Positions 52,101-64,000 of a DNA stretch of 64,000 bases are shown piece by piece; the stretch's first letter is position 1; every line of letters starts with the position of its first letter. Below the pieces are notes generated by a model. The model worked only from the letters and a program-made list of their open reading frames with translations, was not told the origin of the DNA and did no database searches. Made by a program: the position numbers and the translations under genes. Origin of the DNA: Balanoglossus misakiensis (lineage: Eukaryota; Animalia; Hemichordata); the NCBI GenBank assembly GCA_040954595.2, contig CM082578.2, positions 13,360,304-13,424,303 of the forward strand. The letters are read 5' to 3'.

Positions 52101-55100
52101 AGTGTGGCAGACATCCGAGAACAGACGAGCCAAGAACCAGCAACAGTGAAGATTGAGCTAAAAATGGATTTTAATCAGATTGAATTGTATCAGGAAGCAT
52201 CAAAGAGTTTTATAAAAAAAAAAGACTTTGCTTATATCTCCACACTTTTATGTACACGGGAGCACCATCAGTTCATGTCTTGTTTGTACCGTTCAACTCA
52301 TTTGCTTGACATTCAAGAAAATCATGCACTCATAGAGCTTCCACTTGTCCACCGCACTCTGGGCCATCACTTTCCTACATACAAATGTCCGCAGCAAAAC
52401 TTAAATTACCGTGTATACAGACCATTACGTTGTATTCTAAACCAAGCACTCGAAGAGAAAACTGGGGTATTTTTCCTGATAAAATGAGACCCTCAAGCTT
52501 ATCTAGTGATCGTAGAATCTTACAGTGTCGTTAGCACGAAATGCTATACTATGAGTTCTCAGATTTCATGTCTGTTCTTAATCACGTCGCAATTATCATA
52601 TATTTCAAGTAGACTGAAGCATCGAAACGCATGACAAAATGAAAACTATTTCTTTTTTGCCAATTTGAACACTCTTCCAAGATTTCAGAACGATCTATAA
52701 AAAGATATTATTTGGGCCTATCCCTTATGCAAATAATTAACATTTTTACATTGGTAATTTCCCATATTTGTTCACTATAGCTGGATGTTATGGATGTATT
52801 ATAGTATACAGTACTTTACTATTACAGAAAGAAGGTGGTAATATTTTACAGATTTTAATTCTTTAGTTCACTGAAGGCAGTGTGGCACTGTTTTTCAAAT
52901 ATTCATAGGCATGCTGTCTGTTTTATTTTTCCATTAGAAGAATCAGTTTTTAAAATCAGCACCAATGCAAATTGACAAACTTCCCAAGGCTGTAGAAATT
53001 GACTAGATCCCTCGGAACTTCTGAACCAGTGGCTTAATCAATTAAACCACGGCCTACAAACATCCAAACTTAGACACTTCTTTATCTGCATGACCCATGG
53101 AACACCAACAGTGATATTCTGTAACCGTATTCAGTGCCACAATAAGTCATGATCCTTTAATCTGCTGTACGCGGCAAGTGAATATTCTAAACTAGGACGT
53201 TTTGCCTTCAGATATATCAATCTTCGATGATTTAAGAGCTGATGTTCTGCTTTGCGGCTTCTAATGTTGAGTATTCGATCGTCGAAAACAGTCTCAAGTT
53301 GCCTACCGTTGGCATGGAGAAAAGAAAGGCGTTGGGAAACTCGACTAGCATGAAACACAATCGACACGATCGTTCACATTATTGCCTTCTAGAAAAGTGT
53401 TTGCAATTCATACCGACTACTTCCAAGGGATCTCCTAAGGGTTTTGCCACTCATCTAAATTTTGTTTCAAAATGGGAATATAAAAGCAGGAAAAGGGGAG
53501 TACAGTCTTTGGTTATAGAGTTTGAATTTAGAATTGAAGTAATATTCAAAAGTTTTCAATATCATAAAAGAGAAAAATAATAATTGGAAGCACCACAGTA
53601 AATGCAAAAGTAAGGTTTAAATGGTGATGTTGGCAAAAGAAGATTCTAAAAGTTGTGGTTTTAAGATTAGGATTCAGTTCACTCAAAACATACAAAGCAT
53701 ATTGTAAGTAAATATGTCGGGTATGGCTTCTGAGAATTATATCGAATACCACACCATCCACAATGACAGTGTGCAGCTTTGGTGAAAGGAAAATATACAT
53801 GATGTCTACAACTAGGGGAAGGACTTGCGAAGACATGGATTCTATTGATTTGAGAAATGCCACTAACGTCACATCAGCATGAGGTAGGTATTGAGCAAAA
53901 AACTTGTCTGCTGTGGTTGCAATAACAGGAATCCAGGCTCTTATAAGCTGCCTGTCTTCAAGTATTCTTCACAATGCATTACATATCTTGTCACATACGA
54001 CTACAATTTTTTTAAATGATGCGCAGACGCATGAAAACGTGTCAAAATCGAATAATAGTTAAAACTTTGATTAATACCCTAAAAGGTTGGAATTTTGTTT
54101 CAAGAAATGCACATCATGGAACATTGAATATTTTGCTGGTCTTCCTGTTTTGGAAGAAAATAGCAAAGAATCTTTATGTGTCGCCTGGTTAAACGCTGTT
54201 ACTTTGGATGACTTTAATTGATTTTTGTTCCATGAATTGGTATATTTCATCAGTTATTTTGTATCCAGGAAATATCACATGCACAAACAAAGATTTGACT
54301 GTAAAATAGGCTTATGTAAAAAGTGACCCTCCCACCCCCCCCCCCCCCAAGATAGGTTTTTAAACAGTAACCATCCCAAAAGATTGTTTTGTAAAAAGTG
54401 ACCCACCCCCTGTGGGAGTTGAATATATCGAACAAAGTTCTTTAGATCTGACTTCCGAAATGACTCGTAGTCGACAACAACAAGCAACTGTTTATTGCAA
54501 AGTGGGTGAACAACCACTAACATGTACAGAACAGCACTCCGTGCGATGCCTGCGACTCGCAAAACCAAAAACTGACCTCGAAACTTCCACAATATGCACG
54601 CTCTAAATATAGCCCACTGAAAGCGGGAAATTTATGAACATCGATTGGCTAAAGCCGGAGGATTTGCAACATTGTATGACTTCAGTTTCAACGATAATGC
54701 ATACATTAAGTCTCAGCCAAATCCGGTTTTTGCATCAAGCTCAAGCATAGTATAAACATGAGGAAATAACACGAAAAAACATCAAAAAGTATTTCTTTTC
54801 CCCAAACTTCACGATACCCCCTGATTCCCCTGGTACCCCCCCCCTTTGTAAACACTGAAGGCTACCATAGTACATTGTATTTCGACTAACTGTCCGTGGG
54901 AAAACTCTCGGATAACTATCGACCCCTGTATGACCTCCTCTCCCTGTGCCAGATGAAACGAGCGTAGTTTTCAGGGCTTCAGAAATTTCAGTAGAATTAA
55001 CGTCTGTTCTCTCGAACTGTTGAAAACAACCTCCTTATCGTAATATAAATTCGTATCCCCCCCATATAAGTAGCCATGATACAATTTACCGAACGCTTTC

Positions 55101-55614
55101 TAAGTAAAAACAACAACCTAAAATCGGAGTGTCGACTCAGAAATCAAATCGAAAGATGAATGCCTAAATGAACACTGTATACCACTCAAGTCACAGCAAA
55201 AGAAGGCGATACAAAAGCCTGAGGTAACGTGTTGCGCTGACCTGCGTTAACAGATCCCGTGAGGAGTACGGTGCCCAGAGCTCAACACGCCCCTAAACTC
55301 TTGTGGCCTCTCTTGCAAAATAAAACGGTTCTCAACAAATACAACATTCATCGACCAAACGTGACCGCTGCGTCAATCTAGACTTTGGCGAATATTCAAG
55401 AGGGGCTTCTGAACCAAACTTGCCCTAACAATGCCACCGCTGCCACCGTACCAATTCTTGTGACGGAAACCCGAAAACTGGCTATCCGGAAAGAATAAGG
55501 CGGACTAAAATAAGGAAAAGTCGCACAGAGCCGAAATAGAAGTTCCTTCCTCGAGAGACCCACGCTAATTCTGGCAGGCAGACTTAATCACGTGACCCAG
55601 AACGCGCTTCTTAT

Positions 55615-55784
55615 TGGTATTATAACGGGCCACGATCACTCACCAAGGGCGTGATGGGGAAAACCCCCCTCCATCCGTAACGGTGACCTGGCAACTCCAC
55701 TGGTATATAACGGGCCATGATCACTCACCAAGGGCGTGATGGGGTAACCCCTCCATCCGTAACCAGGTGACCTGGCAACTCCAC
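55615..55784. repeat. Two-unit GC-rich tandem repeat (86 bp + 84 bp)
   Basis: tggtat(t)ataacgggccaYgatcactcaccaagggcgtgatgggg..acccc..tccatccgtaac..ggtgacctggcaactccac starts at 55615 and again at 55701. Confidence 0.93.
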
Positions 55785-58700
55785 CAAGCCAGTGAAACCA
55801 TATAAAAACGCCATGCCAAAAATAAAACACGGGTACGGCAATTCCATAACAATAACTTCATCGCAAAAAAATCCAATCTATAGCTCGGCCTGCAACTACA
55901 CATCAAATATCAAGGTGATACGCGCAGCAGGTTTAGGCCTAATATGTTATGAGGAAATGCTTCTTTTAGGAAATTTATTTTAGAATGGTTGAATTCACCA
56001 TTTCCGGGTTTTGTCCCACCACTACAATTAATTATATTGAATATCTGTAAATGGCCAATGAAGAGCGATACCACGAAAGATAGTCTAACTAAACATGCTC
56101 TCTTGAAGTTGAACTCTTGGAAATGGAGGGGCCCAGAGCATTCCGTTTAGGTCAGAGCTCCGTCAAGGCAACGCATGTAGCTGCAACGAACGATAGCAAT
56201 CATTCCAGATGAAATCTCCCACAGGGGTCGTTGAAATAGAGTTCCCGGGTCGATTAATTATTTAAGAAGGCAAGTTCCATATGGCGACTACCGTTGCTGC
56301 CGTTAGGTTTCAATATTGAGTACGTTTTGTGGTAAATCCCACTGCGTGAAATTAAGCTTCTACTTCTTTGCCTTGGTTGTCGTGCATGGGTGAAATGAAG
56401 GCAGCATATAAGAAACCAAAAGAAATGTAACTTTAACTTAAGACATTAAAGATAAAGGTGACTGCTACGCATGAGAGATTATTGAAAATCTGTGGGGGAG
56501 TAACAACCGTTGAGCAAGTTATATCTTTGTTATCTGGAAAACTCGTGTTTGGATCAGCGCAGCCTCCCCGTCTGCTTTGTCCCACCAACATTATTAGAAC
56601 ACTTGACATTACATAATATTTATTGTTGATATGTTTTATTGCCTTGCTGCTATTGATTGAATTTAACCGGTTCTCATGGATTTTGTGGATATAATACAAG
56701 TTATACCAGTATGCCAAAATGATTTGCAAATAATTTGATTACTGAGGAATATGTCAGCAACGATGATCCACATTTTTATCTCAATGCATTTTCAATCCAT
56801 CTACAAAATAGTGAACTGAAAATAACACTTACCGATAAAGCTAAAACTGTTCTAACCTGCCTACAGCTACTGTTACATTTAGATCACGTACAGTTTTGAA
56901 ACATTCCCTCTTTGAAGAACCATCAAGGAGTTAGACAACCTTAACGAAGATGTAAATGCGGGTGATTGAATTCCCTCTCTCGCTGTATTACTTAAAACGG
57001 TCTGACAGGCAGTCCACGTCAACGTCCTCTGACGAAGCCCCTTTCCTCGTAGAAGCATATGTTACTTGCCATATCTGAAGAAAACCCTGGAACATCAGTT
57101 GTAACAGTTGTTCTCCATTGGGTAGTTTGTAAATTATGATGACAATGTCAGCAACTTTGTGTAACAGATCAATGAATTTCGACGTCATGTTCGTACTTGT
57201 GAGTCCCTTGATCGTAGATGCGATTGATAAAAGTAAAATAAACCTGTCATATTCCATGGCAATATTTCCCTGCTCATCCGGTTGGAGGTTATCATTCTTC
57301 GGTTGGCCAGTTACTTTAAGCCATTTGTTTTCCAAACTATTACGAAAGTTACTTTAACCCAGTTCTAGTATTTTGCTAATAGCACAACTTCCGCAGTCTT
57401 GCAATTCGGCTAGGGGACACGCAAATGTCACATATCAGTTGAAACAGTCCCCCCGGGGCAGGCACAGATAATTCGCCCCATCCGGGTAGTTTCGTTGATC
57501 TGTTCATTTATATGTAAAAGCGGCACGTTTGTTTTCCGTAAATATAAATTAATTATTAACAGTTGGAATGAGATGATGATATGTTCAGAGCCGTGTAAGT
57601 CTGCCAGCAGATATACAGTATCATCAAGGGATTAGAAATCCAATGGTGAAGCAAATGCAGATATTTTGGTACTCAGATATTAATTGATGAAAACCCTGGA
57701 CGCTGCAAAACACCAGAATGGCACTGAAGACGATAAGCAACAGTGAGTTGAGCCCCCACAAAGTAAGCTGTTCCTCTAAAAGAAACTAACAATTACATAC
57801 GCTCATGGATAGAAATTTTTTGTCGGCTTGGAAAACCAATGTTCATAACCAGTGCACTCAATAACTTCGGCACATGCAAATATACATCCATCTAAATAAC
57901 TGACAACAGCAGAGGTTATGTGCATTTATTTTATTCTGACATCGAATATAGACGAGATCTCTTAACGACTTAAAACCGAAGATGTTTATGCATTAAAATA
58001 TTAAAATATCCTCTGCATAAATCATAATTACTGGCTAAATGTACAACCGGGAGTTCAACATAGATTAACAATGAGCACCTGTAGTTTGCACAAGTAAATC
58101 CTTCTGGTATAGACAGAAAACAATCAAAATTTAATGCATCTTGCGAGTGAGGCTTTTTACATTCCTCGTTAAAAAGAATTACAAGTAATTCTCTTGCCAC
58201 CATGTTTGCACACCTTTGTGATCCTCTTTGGCAAGCTCCTACTCAAGTCAAGAAAATTTTACTGCTTGGAAATGTCACTCGCGTCTTGCGACTTGATGCA
58301 CACTATTATTGAGTCGATTTGCTGAAACGTGCAGTGGTCTGAAGTTTTGATTGGTTCTAAAATCTATACGCGGTACTGAATGCCGATGGTTTCGTCTTTA
58401 TTGACTTCACACTCCAAGAGGTTTTCGGTACACGGAAAACACGCATCAATTACTCTTGTCAAGCATTGGGATTTTCACCATCTTAACGGACATCATTAAG
58501 TGCATTCGTGGGTATAAAATGTAATACCTCCATTGATAATCGTTGCGATCAGCAGGCTAGAATTAAGAACGTCGATTGCCACGACGCCCAGCACGACAAA
58601 ATAATACGCATTAAACTTCTACGACAGTCATACTGGTTACGTGCCATAAAATATTTAGTGAAAGTCGTCATATTTTAAGACCACATATCGTAATATGACG

Positions 58701-61700
58701 AGAATATTGAATTCACTTTGATGTAAGCATATAAACTTTAAATGTACCCTGCTGTCAGACAGTTTAATAGTATTATGTCGTAGAGTGGAAGACATAGACT
58801 AGAGCATCTTATAAGACGATGGGGAAACCCGACAGAATCACTTGTAGAAATCGAATCTAAGGATGAAATAAGGTGAATTGCTATCTGCAGATCTTGCAGA
58901 GATGTGTTTTTGGCGTTAGACACCCGACTGTATACGTCATCATTCCGTTTATATCATTACAATGCAAATGTCTAAACATATCTGCCACAACTCAGGTATA
59001 CATGCATGCATGCCACAAATTACTTATGAGAGAAATGTTTAATTTCTAATTCCAGAAAGCGGAAGCGAAAGCCGGCTCTATTTTACCATTGCTGAATAGT
59101 TTAAAAGCACCATGGAAACAAAATGCTGTGTGTTAGACACTGTAGATCAAAGTGACCAAGCTCAGAGCAAATAACAAGCATTCGATCCATACAAAGAGCA
59201 GTAGCAACGTTCAGGTTCAGTTCAGTGACATGACGTATTGTTGCATGAAACATGTGTTCAGTCACAGGAAGACGATTACGGAAAATGAATAAAACATGAT
59301 AGTAATGAGTCAACAAGGATTATTCGGGATTGGCATGATGTCCGTACAGCATTTAGAAACAAGAATCAAACTGTTTAAATTGCAAAGTTTAACGAGGGCA
59401 TTAAGAGTGCATGCATGGCTAGACCTGTGCTTCTGTTCATGCATACCATTAATTCCATCCGTTTAAATGAAAATATTCGGGTTTGATAAAAAAAAAATCG
59501 CGTTATATCATAAACACATTCCACAGATACTAAGCAATATAACAGGAATATTCTATGGAAAGTTTATTACGTAAGCCTAGTGCAATAATCATTTCCACGC
59601 ATTCATCCATTCGTTTCGACACATAATCAAAGAGAGTTGCACAGATGACAACATCTTGTTGAAAACGGCCCTTCTTCAAAAAATCTACAACCAGAAGAAT
59701 CTCCTTCCCAATCACAGTACAGAACCCGGATTCTTATGCAAAACATCAGTGATGATCTTGATTTATCTACGCTCGCTGAGCGATGATCCTACATAATATT
59801 GGAAACGTGACTTTATTTTCAATAGACACTCTGGAAAAAATATCCATTTTCTAAAGAAAACAATACACGTTTGTTTTCTCAGTTGAATGTTCATGAACAT
59901 CCTAGCCCAATGTGTTTGTGCCAACCGAAACAACCACATCAGTCGGTGATCAGAGGAGTTGTTGGTTAAGAACTCATGTCACTCCACTTATGTGTGCAGC
60001 ACGAGAGAACTATTTGTGAAGAGCACGCGCATTTGAACCACAAGCTGCACCCAGCTCAGAGACCAAGATGATTGTACAAAATTTGAAAAAATGAAGAATT
60101 TACGTACAAAGGTAGATATTAACTGGTTTCTTTATCTTAGTAAGACAATAACCTGATAATAAATCAGCGTGACTGATATAACGTACCTGCAAAATGGTGA
60201 AATGATGCTTGCAATCGTCATGCACGGCTGTTAGAGTTCTCTTACCATTGATGCATAAATTTTAATCAGTTGGTTGAAACAGGGCTTAGTATGCAAAATA
60301 ATTGCAGAACATTTCATACATTAAAAATGCAAAGGACAAACATTATTGCATCACTCTCAATGCAGGTTATGATCGAGCACTCATTTGTAGACAATATCCA
60401 GAGAGACAATATCTTTGTTTTCTTGCGAGTTCCATTCCAATATATCTTCCATCCCTTTAAAATATCCCTTGCTGCACTTATGTCAGAAACCTTTTACACA
60501 GATCGACGCATCGTCAGCACGCCCACGTCACATTAGAATGCTAAATCCCTGTATGTAGCATCGTGGAATCATCAGCTTTGAATTGATGACATTGCACTGA
60601 TGTTAAAAAAAACTGAAGCCGATGTTTGCGTTAGAGAAAGTGACAAAGTAACTCCATAACGACATCCTAAGCGTTGAATTTTCTATGAACGTTTATTTCC
60701 TTCTTAATCGATCCATTAGGCGTAATGTCGAATGGAGCAGAAGCAGGGCTTGTCTGGATGCGTGTAGACATCAATGAAACCTACTGCGTTCTTTCCCTCG
60801 TTGTGACACGTACAGACATAGTAACAGACTGCAGTGGGGTGATCATTGCGATTTACAATTTTCATGATAACCCTTGAATCTTCCCACTTACATGAGCGCA
60901 AGTTTCTACATGATGAATGAGTTGCACACTGTATATTTGAGCTTATAGTCTCCAACGTCACAATTGCCCGGGGGAAAAACACTGTTCTTCAGCTACAGCG
61001 ATGAATTTTATACTTTCTGCAACTTCAAACCTTTTCGTTAAATATTAATGAATATCACAAGGGGAATTCGAAAAGTTTGCTCGTGATGAAGCGAGAAAAT
61101 CTAATTTCGAAATTAAATGTTGTAATCTTGGAGAAAAGTGAAAATTAAGGATGTGGCAGCCAAAGACACTTGTCATTTAAAATGACATTACAAGAGATAG
61201 CTCAGCATACGCGTGGGAGTCTATGTCAGTTGTAGTCAATAGCAACATTGGCTACACACATGATAAGGCAAGTTGTACGCTATCTCATGTACATTCAACT
61301 GTCATACCTTCCGAACTGTTCACAACTACCTGGCTAAAGGGGAGACACCGCAAAGTGTAATGTATCGAATGAATGCACATCACTTTATCATCAAAACCAT
61401 ACATCTCCATTTTCAATAATTGAACACTGAAACAATGTGAGGCACCCTTGCTTACAAGGATGAAAGTGAGTTTTGATCCCCGAGAGTCTGCAGAACCAGA
61501 TATAAATAAATACAATAAACTTGAATAACAAAAAATATGCAACCTTCTGCATTAAAATTACAGTGTATATGGACAATTTCTCTTCGTTCAATTAGTTCCA
61601 TGACACGCGCGCATACATTGCATTCTCACGTCTTCAGGTAATGCCACGGTGCAAACAATTAAAGTTAACTCAATGGATAATGTCGATTCAGTGGTTTGAT

Positions 61701-63673
61701 TTCTGAAGTACTAGAAGCGTGCTTGGCCATTGGGCTCGTCTCATTGCCACCATGCTTCCTCATGTATCTATTCACATGATTATGTGGTCACACGGAGTGA
61801 TCTCACTTTGTAATAAAGCTCCATGAGCTGCCAAATTTCCCATAAATAAAATACTTCAAACTTTCCCCTATCCATTAAGCCATATGTGACGCGTACTTCA
61901 TAGATGGTGACAAAACATTAGGCCTATCTCTGCAGATTTTACGACTCTCACACATTTTTCTCTCCTTCTGTTTTGTTTTAAATATTACAGTAACCCGCGC
62001 CCCGATTTGTGTCTCCACGTCATTTTTTTACAAGTTCACACATGGACTGGACACTAAATATATATCAAGGTGCCCCAAATTTCTGTGAAAATCTCTGCTC
62101 AAATAACTACAGGAATGCCACGAAACATGGATAACAGATACGTTCTGTTAATTCTTCGCCCCTGTGTTATATATACCTATCTCAAAAAAGAAATCTTGCA
62201 TCGTCTGCACGCCATATTGGTTCTGGCTAGGTTCTGCATATCTGTATGAAGAATCATCGTCAAGTCTCATGATGTCTCCTATACAGCCGCAAGGAGTCTT
62301 CTTCTTTCCTTATATGGGGACGTTTTATGATCACAATCTCGACCAGCATGTCTCCTTTTAAATCGACAGTTCTAACTCACTGGCAGACTCGAAAGTTCAA
62401 TAAAATTAAGGCGATCGTGTTGAGCAAGCCGAATGCCACGGTGCAAAGATTCAATAGTTGGCCTCTGGAGACAGCAATGCGGTGGAAACCAGGTGTACTG
62501 TTACTCAATTTCAACTGTTATATACTTGGGCATGAGTACTACTCAAATTGAGGCAGACATTATCACGCAGACGAAAATAGAACAGTGTGATGATTGCTCA
62601 GGCGGTGAGAAAGTCATGAAAATGATATCACCGCCTCAATTTCTTTTTTCTTAATTGAAAGAGCGAGCTGTTTGCAAATTGGCTGGCTTTAAACGGATAA
62701 TGGTTCGGCTTCCGAGAGGGCGACGAATCCGAAGTGGTTTTGAAAATTAATGAGCTGCTGTGCATGCTGAGTCTTCGTTCGAAAAGGATTGTGTGAATGT
62801 AAAGCTGCGCATGCTGAGATTTATGAGAGCGGTTTTAATTAGTCGACAAGCCTTGCGTTTGAGAACGACTTTCAAACCTTCACACAACTTCACTTCTTTT
62901 CTAGTTTTTTATTTGTATACATCATAATGAGTTCACCACAGCATGTCAAAATTTTATTTTGGGTTTCGGTGATTTAAAATCATTACTGGCAAATTACTTC
63001 ATTAAGTGTTTGGTGGTAACTATCAATTCCTTTGTTTTTCGTGTCTAGCGTGTTCAGCAAAAGTTGAACCCTCCCCAAATAAAAATAATAAGAGCGGGGG
63101 TTTCGCCCTCTTTGCGTTACGGGGTTGTTCAGTCTGTCTAAACAAGAGAATGTATCTGAATAGCACGAGATTGTATTTGCTAAGGAAATACGGCTCGAAG
63201 GAAATGCTACTTTATCCTGACGCATGAAATCACGTGAATTGTGACGTGGGATATTACCCACATTGCCCAAATATAAGATCAAACCTTGCCTCGTGCTGCT
63301 GTTTACATTTCTTTGTCAGTGTGGGTGTCAATGGCTGACATTATTTGAAAATTAAAATCATGCGTGATAGATGTCTTCAAATGGAGACCGTCGACGAATT
63401 TATTATAATGATTATGAGGTCATAGGTGAAACTTAATATATATAGATATATGTACGTTTAACCACCTGTTAATATTAAATGTTATGTATACAGATCACGT
63501 ACAGCTGGAGATCTAACCGATAAACTCCGCCTGCACAGTCCGCGTTTTTCACTCGCATCATTTGTCGATCGAAGATAAGGTTGTCTGCGCGTCCCCAAAG
63601 TGCCAATTCTCGTACAGCGAACAGTTTCAGCGTTTCAAGCCAACGAGAAGAATTGTTGGTGATTTGCTGAACC

Positions 63674-64000
63674 ATGGGACTGAATGAAAGCTGGGACGAT
63701 GGCGACAACGCGACTGCCGGTACCGATGCTTGTAAGATGGAACAAGGTACACAGTTTATCATAGGAATCGTCATCACTTCTTTGGGGATTGTTTGCAATA
63801 TCACTTTCATGTATGCGGTCTTTCGGGTCCGGTCGATGCGAACGGTGACCAATGCCTACCTGGTCAACCTGGCCGTCGCCGACTTGTTGCATTCGCTGGT
63901 GCACAGCATCATCTGGAACTGCTTCTACGTCGGTGGGCCGGCGTGTTTCCTCTACAGTCGCAACATCTACTGCGCCGTCATGTTTCCTTCCCGTGTCACC
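63674..64000 (+). CDS. Rhodopsin-like class A GPCR, N-terminal 109 codons, truncated by the window end (paralog 3)
   Basis: Manual translation from accATGg at 63674: MGLNESWDDGDNATAGTDACKMEQGTQFIIGIVITSLGIVCNITFMYAVFRVRSMRTVTNAYLVNLAVADLLHSLVHSIIWNCFYVGGPACFLYSRNIYCAVMFPSRVT. It aligns closely with paralog 2 and is open to the window end. Confidence 0.93.
   Translation, partial: MGLNESWDDGDNATAGTDACKMEQGTQFIIGIVITSLGIVCNITFMYAVFRVRSMRTVTNAYLVNLAVADLLHSLVHSIIWNCFYVGGPACFLYSRNIYCAVMFPSRVT

Noticed and set aside
28654-55784. Short direct repeats considered as CRISPR-like arrays
   Set aside because: Only 2-3 adjacent units each, no unique spacers, no cas genes, and a eukaryotic context.
59883-60110. 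Exon-like segment bounded by tttgttttctcag and ag|gtagat
   Set aside because: Stops occur in all three frames. It could be a non-coding exon, but that cannot be supported without transcript data.
2404-61992. TACAGTA/TACTGTA as Sleeping Beauty-like footprints
   Set aside because: My rough count (about 14) is close to the base-composition expectation and two hits lie inside CDSs, so no enrichment can be claimed.

Overview
AT-rich (roughly 37-38% GC by eye), gene-sparse eukaryotic genomic DNA. It is most consistent with an invertebrate deuterostome such as a hemichordate, echinoderm or lancelet; this is an inference from gene content, not an identification. Four coding regions are supportable. 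Three are paralogous rhodopsin-class (class A) GPCRs with uninterrupted reading frames: 24126-25148 (-), 47979-48977 (-), and a third starting at 63674 (+) that runs off the window end and is absent from the ORF track. The fourth is an intronless B4GALNT1/2-type glycosyltransferase (44175-45767, +) nested in the receptor cluster. The rest is intergenic or intronic, with microsatellites, an apparently perfect 679-bp tandem duplication, a degenerate MITE-like foldback, a ~100-nt palindrome and short tandem repeats. The most unusual signal is non-coding: the palindromes TACATGTA (19 hand-counted hits) and TACCGGTA (9 hits) are about ten-fold over-represented. Three internal comparisons (a tandem repeat, a palindrome and a microsatellite) show such motifs as 5-6 bp insertions at a TA, which is the shape of Tc1/mariner-type excision footprints. 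No rRNA, tRNA, CRISPR array or intact transposase/RT gene was seen. Most short ORFs in the track look like noise.
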